This document shows, one piece after another, positions 35,834 through 46,387 of a stretch of DNA of 64,000 bases. Made by a program: the position numbers and the translations under genes. Position 1 is the stretch's first letter, and each line of letters starts with the position of its first letter. The DNA lies in NCBI GenBank assembly GCA_946965045.2, contig OX337229.1:496001-560000 (forward strand), given 5' to 3'. Source of the stretch: Epithemia pelagica (taxonomy: Eukaryota; Protista; Bacillariophyta). The notes below the pieces were generated by a model that saw only the letters and a program-made list of their open reading frames with translations, was not told the DNA's origin and searched no databases.

Positions 35834-36470
35834 CTATTTCACTCTTGCTGAATGAGTACCATTGCGTTGATGAGCCGTGGTGGTATTCCGCGGAGCTTTA
35901 ATCATTTTCTCGGCGTCGGCTGAGGCAACCAACAAGGCTCGATCCACGTCCGAGAAGCGTAGTTCCCCAAGACCATACCGATCCGTCCAAAGAACAAGGC
36001 CATTGCCGAAATCACCCACATCACGGGCAACCGACAACGACGTTGCGGTCGTGGCGGATGTGTTGGACAGGAGTCATCTCAAATCAAAGCCTTGTACCTT
36101 GTTGCTGTGACCCAATTGACCGAGATTCCCAAGGCACACGGTCCGGTGAGCAACAGTACGGGAATGCTGCGAAGTTTCCAAATTTCACAATCCAACGTTT
36201 CTCTACACAGCGTATTTTCGACGTCGTAATAGTCCCAGCGATTTTGAATGTGATTGAGCAAATCCTGCGCCGCTTGCACGACAATGGGATGTGCGGGTAC
36301 GGACGCCATGAATCCATCCCACAAGCAAAAATTGATATGAATCCAATCGGTCGAGGGGTACATCGCGACGGATAACAAAGGGCAAGTTGGACGTCAAAAA
36401 GGAATCCTAATTGGTAATGTTCAACTGCACGTCAATGTCGGCATAAATGCCACCAACCATCTTTCATCAA
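35834..36470 (-). pseudogene. Glycosyltransferase family 32 (DxD sugar-binding) gene fragment with frameshifts and stops
   Basis: The minus strand reads GGIYADIDVQ (~36455-36425), then GFMASVPAHPIV and LLTGPCALG in a different frame. No intact ORF. Confidence 0.65.
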
Positions 36471-36511
36471 GACGAGCAGACGAACGAAATCAGCCTTGAA
36501 GGCTCCAGGTT

Positions 36512-36737
36512 TCCGCGTCCCTACCGGAAGCCAGTCTCGAACGTGAATTCTTGCAACTCGAGGCCATGGATTCGGTCGACAAGGAGCTGATGCGGCTCAA
36601 GGGAATGGTGCAGGAAAACGAAGCAACCAACAACAAGCCTAAAACACCCAAGGCCTTGCAACCAACAAGCCAAGAAAAGCGCATTGAACAAGAACTCCAA
36701 GCTCCAAGTCAATCGGTCACGAGAGCATTGTAGTGTT
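36512..36737 (+). pseudogene. Diverged VIPP1 3' fragment (third fragment)
   Basis: LQLEAMDSVDKELMRLKGMVQENEATNNKPKTPKALQPTSQEKRIEQELQ is similar but not identical to the VIPP1 C-terminus; the end is scrambled. Confidence 0.85.
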
Positions 36738-37659
36738 TAGAGCTGGGTCAAGCAACAGCTTTTTTCTGCTGGAGAACTCAAGCGCTTGAGCGCTTGAGCT
36801 AGGACCAAATTCAAGCGCTCAAGCGCTCAAGCGGCAGCGAACAGGGCTAACACGGGAAACTATGGCAATAGACTCATTGCAATACCTCTAGTGAAATGGT
36901 AACTTCTCTTATTATGTAACTGATATGCAATGGAAACTCTGTTAGAAGATACTTCCCCAGTTCTCACGCAAAAAATGGAGATCAGAAACTGTTGAAGGAT
37001 CAAAGTATGATTGTTTTGGCGTGATTATCAGACCAGCAATACTGAATGCCCGTTCAGAGGAGGCTGCTGTTGCCGGCATGGCAAGATACTTAAGAGCAAG
37101 TCACCAAATATTGGGAAACTCACTTGCCTTTCCTTTCCACCAAGAGAGCAAAGGATCTTGTGCAACTTTCGTCCCAGCCTTGTTCACGTAGTACATTTTA
37201 AGTCCTGCCGTTGTACGGAACTTGTCAATTTCAAGACGGCAGATGGTAGCATAGGATACCCCTCCACTATAAATCTTCCTGGAGTCTCCATTGTCATCCT
37301 CTTCGTCATCCATCATTTCTCCCAGCGTGTCACTGACTTCAAACTCCACTTCTGTCCTTGCCCTCTTGGTTGGAGAAGGAACTTCCTGCTATTAGTTCCT
37401 CTTCGGACACTTGCTCATCATTATCATCATCTGGATGGTATGATGACTCATTCTCATCATCACTGGAGTTCTCGGGCATTTTGGAAAGGTGTGAAGGGCA
37501 GATGAATGCGGGTTTTTGCTACGTTTAGGGACTTTCCGGTAGTCCGGGTGCTTGAGCGCTTGAGCTCTCAAGCAACACCCTTTCTGCGCTGGAGCTCCTC
37601 AAGCGCTTGAGAGGTCAAGCGCATGAGCGCTTGAGCGCTTGACGCTTGACCCAGCTCTA
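36738..37659. mobile_element. Non-autonomous (internally deleted) hAT DNA transposon, 922 bp
   Basis: Perfect 16-bp TIRs TAGAGCTGGGTCAAGC / GCTTGACCCAGCTCTA; 8-bp TSD GTAGTGTT (36730-36737, 37660-37667); subterminal repeats (t)caagcgct / agcgcttga at both ends. Confidence 0.95.
36942..37350 (-). pseudogene. hAT transposase C-terminal dimerisation-domain remnant
   Basis: DPLLSWWKGKASEFPNIW*LALKYLAMPATAASSERAFSIAGLII, with an in-frame TGA at 37101-37103. Confidence 0.88.
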
Positions 37660-37759
37660 GTAGTGTTCCTTCTGTATGTGTCATTGGTTCTACTTTTGAC
37701 ATAGTATGAAAAATTCTAAGCGGGGAGGCCGCAGACGACTGTGGTGGAAGAAGGGAAGA

Positions 37760-38030
37760 AGTCGCCCAAAGGGCAAGGGGTGTGCCAACAACGAGCAAGA
37801 TTCGCTTCTGTTCTTATGGTGATGTGGAACACAGGAAAGGTGTGCCTGTCATCGATGGTGAAGAAAAGTCAATCGCACATAGATTACATGACAAGCCCCG
37901 ATAAGTATCTTTTGCTGCCAAACAACAACAAGAACAATCGTCGCTGGTGCTGCTGAGTTCGGTACGAGGCACAAAGGATGCCGTGATCGAGGTCGAACAC
38001 TGCTGTTCGACAGTGTTGTTGTCGTGCAAC
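37760..38030 (-). pseudogene. Decayed paralogous pieces of the Kelch gene 5' region
   Basis: 37830-37900 (...caatcgcacatagattacatgacaagcccc) resembles 40015-40090. 37920-37990 resembles the HASVVL...VVVLGG segment at ~39740-39800. Confidence 0.55.
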
Positions 38031-38708
38031 AAGGTTTCGGTGGAACTGGCATTGAGGGGGCAAGACATCGCGATGGAGAGCGGCTTGGCCAATGACAATA
38101 ACGAGGGAGAACATGACAAGTTCCTTTCCACCAACCAACACAAGATAGTTCCATTATAGCCAGCCTCCGTTAATGGAACCTCGTTGACATCGACGCCCTC
38201 CAGAATCCAGAGTATTGTCTCGAATCGCTCTCAATCATGACAGGATCAGCATGGCTTCACTCTCTCGTCCTTCTCCTATTGTTCGAAAGGACATGCCGAT
38301 CCACCCTTTTTGTCCATGTCGGATTCGTCCTCATCTTGGTGCTCCTCTCCTACTCATCGTGCTCTGTGTCATCGCTGTAGATCGAACTTAAGTATGAACA
38401 AGACCGGATCTACGAAGAATAAAGCAACATTCAGACTTTGTGTCGCGTAAAGTTCCATGACACCGCCCCAAAGCACCAGAATCTTTTCTCATGATCGTAC
38501 AAACCCCGGTGGTGGCACTGTCCCACAACTGTGTCAGGTCATGGCCGAAGCGTAGTACCACTTGTAGAGGTACACAAATCGGGTCGTTGACAACAAATAA
38601 GCACCTTCTTTCTTGCAACATGTTCTTTCTACTTTTGAGTTACTACTTACAAGGTTCTACGATTGCAATCGAATGTAGAAAACAAGTCAACCACTCGAAA
38701 ACAAACGG

Positions 38709-39911
38709 CTAGGTTTCATCATTCCCTCTATCATTTTGGCATGTATTGGTCCTTACTCGTTTGCGAGCTAATGTCGATGGGGAGAAGGGTGAGATATCAG
38801 CATCTCGGATACCCATACCTTCAAGAGAATGATACCATCCGTTCGATTGCTGCTCACAGAGACGACGAAAACACCACGTATTCCTATCCAGTAGTGGTAA
38901 TGTTGCACATGAAGGATTGGGATATCCACCAATCACGGCAACTTGATTGGCAACAGTCACCGTACTGCAGCCATTGCGGTGATTATCCGATGGTGGGAGA
39001 TACCAAACGCGGTTGCTTTGCGTGTCCAAGACTTCCCCGGTTGAATTGTTCCATCCTCCCGCCACCACCAGACAAGATCCCACGGCAACCATTGCACACG
39101 ACCTTCGTGTATTGGAAAGCCTCAACTCCGAATGAGTGGTCCAAAGGGTCGAGAAGGAAATGAATGTCGAACCAGTTTCCTTTTTTGTCTCATGATTGTC
39201 ACAGGGTGTTGCATAGTCCAAATACTCCACCGAGTCAAGATTGCCATTATCGTTACGACCTCCAACGACAAAGATGCGGTGACCAATAACCGCACTGGCA
39301 CACCATTGTCGTTTAACAGTCATAGATGGTCCCGCAATAACAGTGTGGTTCATGGTATCAATAATATCAACCGACGACAAATAGCGACCGTTGTAATAGC
39401 CACCCATTACAACGATGTATCGGTTGTGAACCGCGACAGCACAACATCCTGATCGTGGCGTTGATAAGCGACAATTCAATGTCGTCCAGTTCATCTCGTG
39501 TGTGATGCTGGTTGTCAAAGATGATTGCAGCAAATAATTGGCATCAATTTGTTCGATACAATCCAAAGGTGCTCCAGTGTCTCCTCCCATCACGTAAATG
39601 CCGCCATTGCACACAACAGCGGCATGTCCATCACGTTTCTGGTTCATGCGTGGCCCTTCTCGCCACTGCTTGTTTGATTCTGCCAAGTTTAATACATGAA
39701 TGGAATCGAGCTCGCCTTGCCCCGGGTGATATCCGCCCAACACGACGACGGTTTGTTCTTGGTTGTTATCGGTATGATTCAGTACGACCGAAGCATGGCG
39801 GTAACGCCATCCACCCTCAAGAGGAGGCCAGTCCTCGAAATTCCATTCAGGTGTCTCGTCTAACAGGACAAGGCCCGACTGCCATGCTTGTTCTTTCAGT
39901 GTCGTTGTCAT
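38709..39911 (-). CDS. Kelch-repeat protein (ORF open to 40058; likely start MTTTLKEQ)
   Basis: Repeated GG...W Kelch blades: VVVLGGY, GPRMNQKRDGHAAVVCNGGIYVMGG, IVVMGGYYNGRYLSSVDI, IFVVGGRN. Confidence 0.88.
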   Translation of the reverse strand: MTTTLKEQAWQSGLVLLDETPEWNFEDWPPLEGGWRYRHASVVLNHTDNNQEQTVVVLGGYHPGQGELDSIHVLNLAESNKQWREGPRMNQKRDGHAAVVCNGGIYVMGGDTGAPLDCIEQIDANYLLQSSLTTSITHEMNWTTLNCRLSTPRSGCCAVAVHNRYIVVMGGYYNGRYLSSVDIIDTMNHTVIAGPSMTVKRQWCASAVIGHRIFVVGGRNDNGNLDSVEYLDYATPCDNHETKKETGSTFISFSTLWTTHSELRLSNTRRSCAMVAVGSCLVVAGGWNNSTGEVLDTQSNRVWYLPPSDNHRNGCSTVTVANQVAVIGGYPNPSCATLPLLDRNTWCFRRLCEQQSNGWYHSLEGMGIRDADISPFSPSTLARKRVRTNTCQNDRGNDET

Positions 39912-40416
39912 GGTCACGGCGCTTGACGATGTCGACAAGAAAGGGCAGCACGAGAGGCTGTTTGTAATAGAGCAACGCGTGGAAGCTTGTTGCTTTTTTG
40001 CGTGGAGACCGCGCGACAGAAAAGGTGTTCCTGTCCTGCGTACGATGGTGAAGGGCAATCAATCGCACATAGATTTCATGACAAGCCCCCAAAAGGAGTA
40101 TGATGAGGAGGAGCAGGACCGTCCGTGGACGATGAAGATTTGACCCATTCGCAAGATGGCGATGATGATTACAATGATCCGCAGTTGATGGTGGTGGCCC
40201 AAGCGGTGCGGAGTGACACAGTCAAAAAAGTTTTCAGCAACCACAACTCAATTCGAAACGACGGGTGGTGGATGAAGATTCCGAATTGGATCCCAACTCC
40301 GATCGCAGTGGAAGACTATATTTGGATCCGAATACGATCCTTCGGAACAACGTTCGCCACCCACCACGACGACGACGACGAATGGACACTTGAATGATCA
40401 CCAGGACGACAATGAC

Positions 40417-40935
40417 GCCGATGTTCGACGACCGGGATGGGGCGGTCGATGGTTTTATCTGTCCTCTTTCTTTTCCATTGCCTCGATTGGAGCCTTTTCC
40501 TATCTCATGGTTTCGTGAAAGGAGATTATTGAAAATACCTTGGGCATTCCATCGGTTATCAGGGAATTGACCGTCTTGGCGGCTGGAACTTCAGTGCCAG
40601 ACTTGTAGTCCAGTGTCATTGTCGCTCGCCGCGGATCGGGAGATATGGCAATCAGCAGTTCGATTGGGAGAAATATTTTTGACATTTTGGTTGGGTTGCC
40701 CATTCCCTGGATCCTGTTTACGGCGTGGCCGAGCAAACCGAGTATTGTGGAAATTGAATCGGAAAATATTTGGATTTCCATTATTGTCTTGTTGGGCATG
40801 TTGGTCTTTGTGATTGTCGCCATTCATTGTCAAGGATGGAAATTGACCAAAACGCTGGCCATGCTCATGCTGCTCTTTTATGCCGGTTCCTTGGCGCAAG
40901 CCATTGTCTTGGAAATACCCTTTGAAACCTGCACG
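40417..40935 (+). pseudogene. K-dependent Na/Ca exchanger (NCKX/SLC24-like) C-terminal fragment
   Basis: PDVRRPGWGGRWFYL...[46 protein letters not shown] (alpha-2 repeat), with in-frame stops at 40516 and 40606. No 5' half. Confidence 0.85.
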
Positions 40936-41540
40936 GACAAGGAAAGAAAGCGAGTGCAGCATAGGCTCTTGACAAGGATACAGCAACTCTTGGCACAAGT
41001 TTTGGGTGGCCAACATGACTCCCAAAAGAAACAAGAGCTCAAGGAAGGTATTACTGTAGAGCCGGATGCGTTGTTTAGTACTGGAGGAAAGAGTGGAAAG
41101 AACACGGACAAACGAACCCCTACTCCGAATGCGGTGGAACAACAAAAGAAGAAGAAGACAATGACCACTTGGAAGATTACAGTAGGAGTAGTAACTACGA
41201 TGACGACGACGACGACAACTGCCAACAGCGTCACCGAGATATCGTAGCTTCGAGTCTAGGTAGACATACTAAATCTCGGCTAATTGAGTCGATCTTCAAG
41301 TCACGAGTCTTTGATCATGACACGACTACATCTCATTGGGTATGATAGGAGGAGCGCACTCTGCAGGTCATCGCGGGATCAGATCTCTTTTACTCCCACA
41401 CTTTTGGCAGAGGACGACGTGTAGAGGCACCCATAATTTCGTAACTCACGGAACGAACAAGAGCACTTCTGGACTGTGCAAGGACAATATTCTACTCTAG
41501 AGAGTGATCCAACAGAGGACGGGGACGTTGAACCAGGATA

Positions 41541-42914
41541 ATGATGATGATGATGATGATGAAAGTTTGGTGGTTTGGTTTCGTTTGGACCACCATCGTT
41601 CTCTTGGATGCGACCGTGCACGCCTTTGTACCATATTCGCCCTTGCTAGTACGACGATACGCCACGAATACCCCGACAACAACAACGACGGCGCTGTCAG
41701 AACAACAACACGCCAATCGTATCGTCGTGGATCCATTGGTTCCTCGCCGTCGTCGTGTGATCAACAACAAGAAACCAAAAGATGTACTCGTCGACGTCGA
41801 CACCACGGTCTTGTTCTTGTTTACCAATCTCGTGCCAACCAGCATGAATCAAACCGTGGAGGAGATGCAAACCATTGTCGCCAAGATGCATGACATCCAT
41901 GCCGAATGGATGGAGAAACAAGATCGCTTCCAAGAATTCTATTCGGAACAACAAGCCAAGGCCCAGAAACACCACGACCGGTTGGTCAAATGGCGGTCCA
42001 ACCTCTCCATGGAACAAGCCCTGGACTCGAAGAGAGAACATGAACGTGCTTTGGAAAGTGTACAAATAGTTCAAGAAAAAATGGACTTGCATGGGGCTGC
42101 CGTCGACAAGCTTGCGCAAAGACTTGAAGTGTTGGATCAACAATTCTCAGAGGCCCAAAGCAAACGAGATCAAATGGCGGCTCGAGTTCGAATGACCCAA
42201 GAGACTTTGGAAGAGAATGAGCGTTTTCAACTCGAGGCAGCCCTGAAGAATTCCACAGCGGTGATTCCACCATTCCATACCAAGACCACCACCACCAATG
42301 TTCCAACTGGATCTTGGTCATCTTCTTTCTCCACAACGACGGCACTACTACTACATCAAGCCAACCTCTTGGGCCCATTCTTGGATGTAGCCAAATCTCA
42401 TGTCCATGTCATGGTATCCAATCGTGCGGAACAACTCATGGATGATTTCGTCAAGGAGTTGGAAAATATCAGGGACGAAGTGTTTGTCACGTGTCTCAAA
42501 TGGACTACGACCCTATGTGAAATGCTGAAACAAGAGAAAGAACAACACGAGGACAGGGCCGACGAATACGACAAGAATGCCCGTTTCATCTTGTCGTCCG
42601 AACAAACCATGGACAACAACAACAATACGTCTCTTGTTTCGTTCTGGGTGAAACAATGTGACCGTGCGTTGGACAAGGCGGATGCAATCCAAGCACAAAT
42701 CGACGTGGTGGATGCCGTTGAGGACAAGCTGTTTCAAAGCCATGATTGGTTCGATCAAACCATCATGACTGCTGCCAGGAACCACAGGGATCAACTGTCC
42801 ATGAATGCCATGGTCCGAATGGAACAAAAACTACAAGCCTTGGAAGCGGCGGCCGATGCGTACTGGGCCGGAACGGAGAGTTTCGTCCTTCCGAATAAAA
42901 GCCAGTCTTTGTAG
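41541..42914 (+). CDS. Tandem double VIPP1-derived protein, copy 3 (diverged)
   Basis: 457 aa with the same architecture as 18576-19955. Homology with unit 1 starts at 41239 (matches 18262). Confidence 0.82.
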   Translation: MMMMMMMKVWWFGFVWTTIVLLDATVHAFVPYSPLLVRRYATNTPTTTTTALSEQQHANRIVVDPLVPRRRRVINNKKPKDVLVDVDTTVLFLFTNLVPTSMNQTVEEMQTIVAKMHDIHAEWMEKQDRFQEFYSEQQAKAQKHHDRLVKWRSNLSMEQALDSKREHERALESVQIVQEKMDLHGAAVDKLAQRLEVLDQQFSEAQSKRDQMAARVRMTQETLEENERFQLEAALKNSTAVIPPFHTKTTTTNVPTGSWSSSFSTTTALLLHQANLLGPFLDVAKSHVHVMVSNRAEQLMDDFVKELENIRDEVFVTCLKWTTTLCEMLKQEKEQHEDRADEYDKNARFILSSEQTMDNNNNTSLVSFWVKQCDRALDKADAIQAQIDVVDAVEDKLFQSHDWFDQTIMTAARNHRDQLSMNAMVRMEQKLQALEAAADAYWAGTESFVLPNKSQSL

Positions 42915-43067
42915 GAGTGTGTGAACTGCTGCAACTCAAGGCTCCCTGGATTTGGTCCCTTGCTGTTTTGTAATTTCAATTCTTTTGGAGTACCAACCTA
43001 GGTAGTAGCCATCATCTTTTACTATGTCTCAAACGGATTGTTTCCCATCCAGATATACTAGGTAGGC

Positions 43068-45143
43068 CTACTCTTCATCCGAAGAAGAACTACTAGTACT
43101 GCTGTCATCCTGGTCATTTAAGACAGGGAGTTCCAACGCATCGTCTTGCAGCAGCAACATGGTGTCGTCCTGAGGAGAGTCTTTGTTCTTGTGTGTTGGT
43201 GTAGTGGTTTGCGAGATGGGATTCTCCTCGGCTTGTCGTGGTCGTTGTGGTGGTCGGATAGGAGACTGGGATTGTTGTGTCTGAGTCTCCGACCAGGCAT
43301 CTGCTCCACCACCAAAGAGACTCAACAATTCCTCTGTCGATCGTGTCGTGGTGGAATGGGTGGCCGGCACGGGTGCAGCCGAAACGGCAAACAAGGACGA
43401 CGACGACGAGGACGCTGCTGGTTGTGTTGGTTGACGACTGGTGGTTGTGGTTGCGACGGCATGGTCCTGGGTGTGGACCGAATGTGGATGGGAGTCGTGG
43501 CGATTGGCATGGACCGTAGTTTCGTTGTCGTCATCTTCTTCTTCTTCCCCATAAAAGCTGGCTGGGTCCACTCGATTCTTGCGAACATATTGAGATGCCT
43601 GGTTGACCGGTGCCGCAGGAGGCGGCCCTGCGGCTCTTGTCGAAGGAAATGGGAGTCCCTGAGGATAAGTATTGGTCGGCGTCGTGACAACAGAAGTAGA
43701 AGGAGGAGCAGGAGGTTGTCCATGACCATTGCCACCCTGTGGGTGCTGTTGTTGTTGGTGGTGGTGATGATGATGAAAACCATGATTCGATCCTTGCGGA
43801 TACAAAGGAGGAGGATCTCCACCTTGCTGTGGCACCGTGCCTGGATAGTGTGTTGGTGGAGCCGTTGGGCGAGGTCCTCCCTCGTATCCTCCCCCCAAAT
43901 AGGAGGGAGCAGCAGCAGCAGCAGAAGCATGTCGACCATTCTGGTTGTTGTTGTTGGTGGTGGTGGTTTCCGGATAGAAATTCCCGGGTGGTGGTCCTCT
44001 GGAACGAGACGCATGGGAGGGAGGATCCAAGTGTCCATACGCAGGAGCAGCTACTGTAGTAGTACGTTGTGGTGGTAGTGCGGGGGAAGCCGCGTTTGGT
44101 GGATGGTAATGCATGAAAGGAGGAATGTTTTGCGAGGCCGGTGGTGGTGCAGAAGGAGGACCACCATTGTGGTAGGCTGGTTGCTGCTGTGGAGGATAAT
44201 TATTCGGCATTGGTTGCTGTTGTTGTTGCTGTGACGGCGGTGGTGGTCCATAGTGTTGCTGATAGAGTTCTCCGGGTTGCAAGGGTCGTTTTCGCGTGCG
44301 CTGCCACGGCTCGGTTTGGGTCTGCTGTTGTGGTTGGGGTGGCCGGAATCCCGGTTTGCGATATTTGGACTGCAAGACTTTGCGCATCGCGTTCGAGACC
44401 ACTGGTGGACGACCTCGGTTCGTGGAGAGTGTGCTCAACACGGCAGGAGCTGGTGTGGTCCACGGTCCCTCCACTTGGACCAAGTAGGCATCGAGTTCGA
44501 GATTGGAAATGGTACCCCGTTGCAGTGCTTGCAATTGAGCCGGTAGGAATTCGGCCGTCACTTCCAAGGTACTGGGAGCGGCCACCAACGTGTCGGAGCA
44601 CGATGATGACAAAGTGGCTTGCGTGGCGGTAATATCGAGACGTCCATCGTGCCACACTTTGCGTTTTTGCGTCTTGTGTTTGGTATACAAAACCTGAAAA
44701 CTCGTCGTCGTCTTTTTCGTATTGTGATTGTGATTGGTCCAACTACTCGACATTGCGTGGTTGGCATGGGTGGAAGAAGGATCCAAGCAACGTTCCGACG
44801 CATTGGTCGTCGTCGTAGTGGGATGATGAAGATGGACTGTGGATGGTGGGACTGTGGATGGTGGGACTGTGAATGATGAAGAATCCAGAGAAAAGGAGGA
44901 TGAGTGTGGAACCGCCGTCATGGTTCCAGCAGCAGTGTTGTTGTGGTTCACCGCCCGAGTACTTGTTGTCGTCGTCGTTGTTGTTGTGGTGGTGGTTGGA
45001 TTTGAAATAATCTGGTCCTGGATGGAAGTGTTGTTGTTGTGGGTGGATGGTTGCAGCTGCTGCTGCTGAGGCGGCGGCAGTGGTTGTGACTCTGTCAGCA
45101 CGACATGGGTCGTCGAATCCAGGACGACGGGGGGAGATGCCAT
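43068..45143 (-). CDS. DUF2439 (ZGRF1/Mte1 N-terminal-like) domain protein with a long P/Q-rich tail
   Basis: FQVLYTKHKTQKRKVWHDGRLDI resembles the DUF2439 start motif. Single 691-aa ORF; the start could be 45143 or 44753. Confidence 0.72.
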   Translation of the reverse strand: MASPPVVLDSTTHVVLTESQPLPPPQQQQLQPSTHNNNTSIQDQIISNPTTTTTTTTTTTSTRAVNHNNTAAGTMTAVPHSSSFSLDSSSFTVPPSTVPPSTVHLHHPTTTTTNASERCLDPSSTHANHAMSSSWTNHNHNTKKTTTSFQVLYTKHKTQKRKVWHDGRLDITATQATLSSSCSDTLVAAPSTLEVTAEFLPAQLQALQRGTISNLELDAYLVQVEGPWTTPAPAVLSTLSTNRGRPPVVSNAMRKVLQSKYRKPGFRPPQPQQQTQTEPWQRTRKRPLQPGELYQQHYGPPPPSQQQQQQPMPNNYPPQQQPAYHNGGPPSAPPPASQNIPPFMHYHPPNAASPALPPQRTTTVAAPAYGHLDPPSHASRSRGPPPGNFYPETTTTNNNNQNGRHASAAAAAPSYLGGGYEGGPRPTAPPTHYPGTVPQQGGDPPPLYPQGSNHGFHHHHHHQQQQHPQGGNGHGQPPAPPSTSVVTTPTNTYPQGLPFPSTRAAGPPPAAPVNQASQYVRKNRVDPASFYGEEEEDDDNETTVHANRHDSHPHSVHTQDHAVATTTTSRQPTQPAASSSSSSLFAVSAAPVPATHSTTTRSTEELLSLFGGGADAWSETQTQQSQSPIRPPQRPRQAEENPISQTTTPTHKNKDSPQDDTMLLLQDDALELPVLNDQDDSSTSSSSSDEE

Positions 45144-46387
45144 GGTCCTGGTCTCGTTGTATGGGTGTTATGGACACTGCAGCTATAGGCTTGAGCGCAG
45201 GCAGGGAGGTGAAAATGGAAGACTTGTGTGGCACGGCAGGCGATCACGCGAGCCAATCTCATTCGGAAGGATGGAGGAAGAGACCCGGAGTTGGACACAT
45301 GACCATGACCGAGCTACGAGCTATCCACATTCATAGAATAGAGTTGTCCTACTCTAGCTCGGAGTAGGAGTAATCCACAGCTGGTGACCACCGATACACA
45401 CTTCTTTGTGCACCACACAAAAATCAGAATGGTTTTCGTTCCGCTTGCTTCTGGCCCTGGCATCGAATGGTTGAGTGGGTAAGAGAGAGAGAGAGAGAGA
45501 GAGACGAGAAACACCGGCCAACAACAACAAGAAAAAGCATCATGGCAGAACTCCCGGAACATGCCCAAGATCTCGGCATCCCTCACACACGAACGATGCA
45601 ATCTCCCCACTCCGCACATATAACAACAGCAAAAGATTGCGAGATTGGAATCCTTTGGCAGGCCCCCTCGGCAGAATCCACGACTTTTTGAACTCCACAA
45701 GAGAGCATCCCTGATAGTCGTCGACACGACAAAGAGAGAGAGAGAGATGATGCTCGCCTCTCAAAAGTTTCTCGACACAGCGTCAGTCAAGAGAAGGAGC
45801 TGTTTCGTTCCGGACTCCGTGGACGGCACAATCCCCGTCCCATGGTCCAAAGATCTCCTGGCTTCCCTTGTTCACCGGAAAACCTCTCCTCCTCCCAATC
45901 GCGACCATGGTCGCGGGTATAGATGGTTGACATCTTGACAGAATCGGAACACACACACAACACATTCAAAACATTGTTCTCTCGGCGATGCGGGACGGCG
46001 GACCATGGTATTCAAAATTCAAATTGACGAAAGTACGCATGGAGATTCGTTGCATCCTCGACCACGCATCTCTCGCTCTCTCTTTCGGTCGAGTGTCATC
46101 ACCAAAAGAAGAAACGAGAGAATACACGCACATACAACATTCCAAGAGAACGGTTGAGTGGTTGGGAGTTTGTGTGTTCCCACGAAAAAGAACAGAACAA
46201 CAACAGGAGAGCGAATACACACGCACACACACACAAGACACACTCTCGCTCATTCCTCGCAAACATCCAGGATTCCAATCATTTGGTTTCTCGCCATTCC
46301 GAACCTCATTCCAGAGATTCGTGCCACACAAACGCATCCAACACAGTCTCCTCGTAACTTCATCGCTACTTTCCTTGACCAAGCAGA

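Noticed and set aside
36770-36835. Short palindromic repeats (caagcgcttgagcgc) as a CRISPR-like array
   Set aside because: No regular spacers and no cas genes; they are subterminal repeats inside hAT TIRs in a eukaryote.
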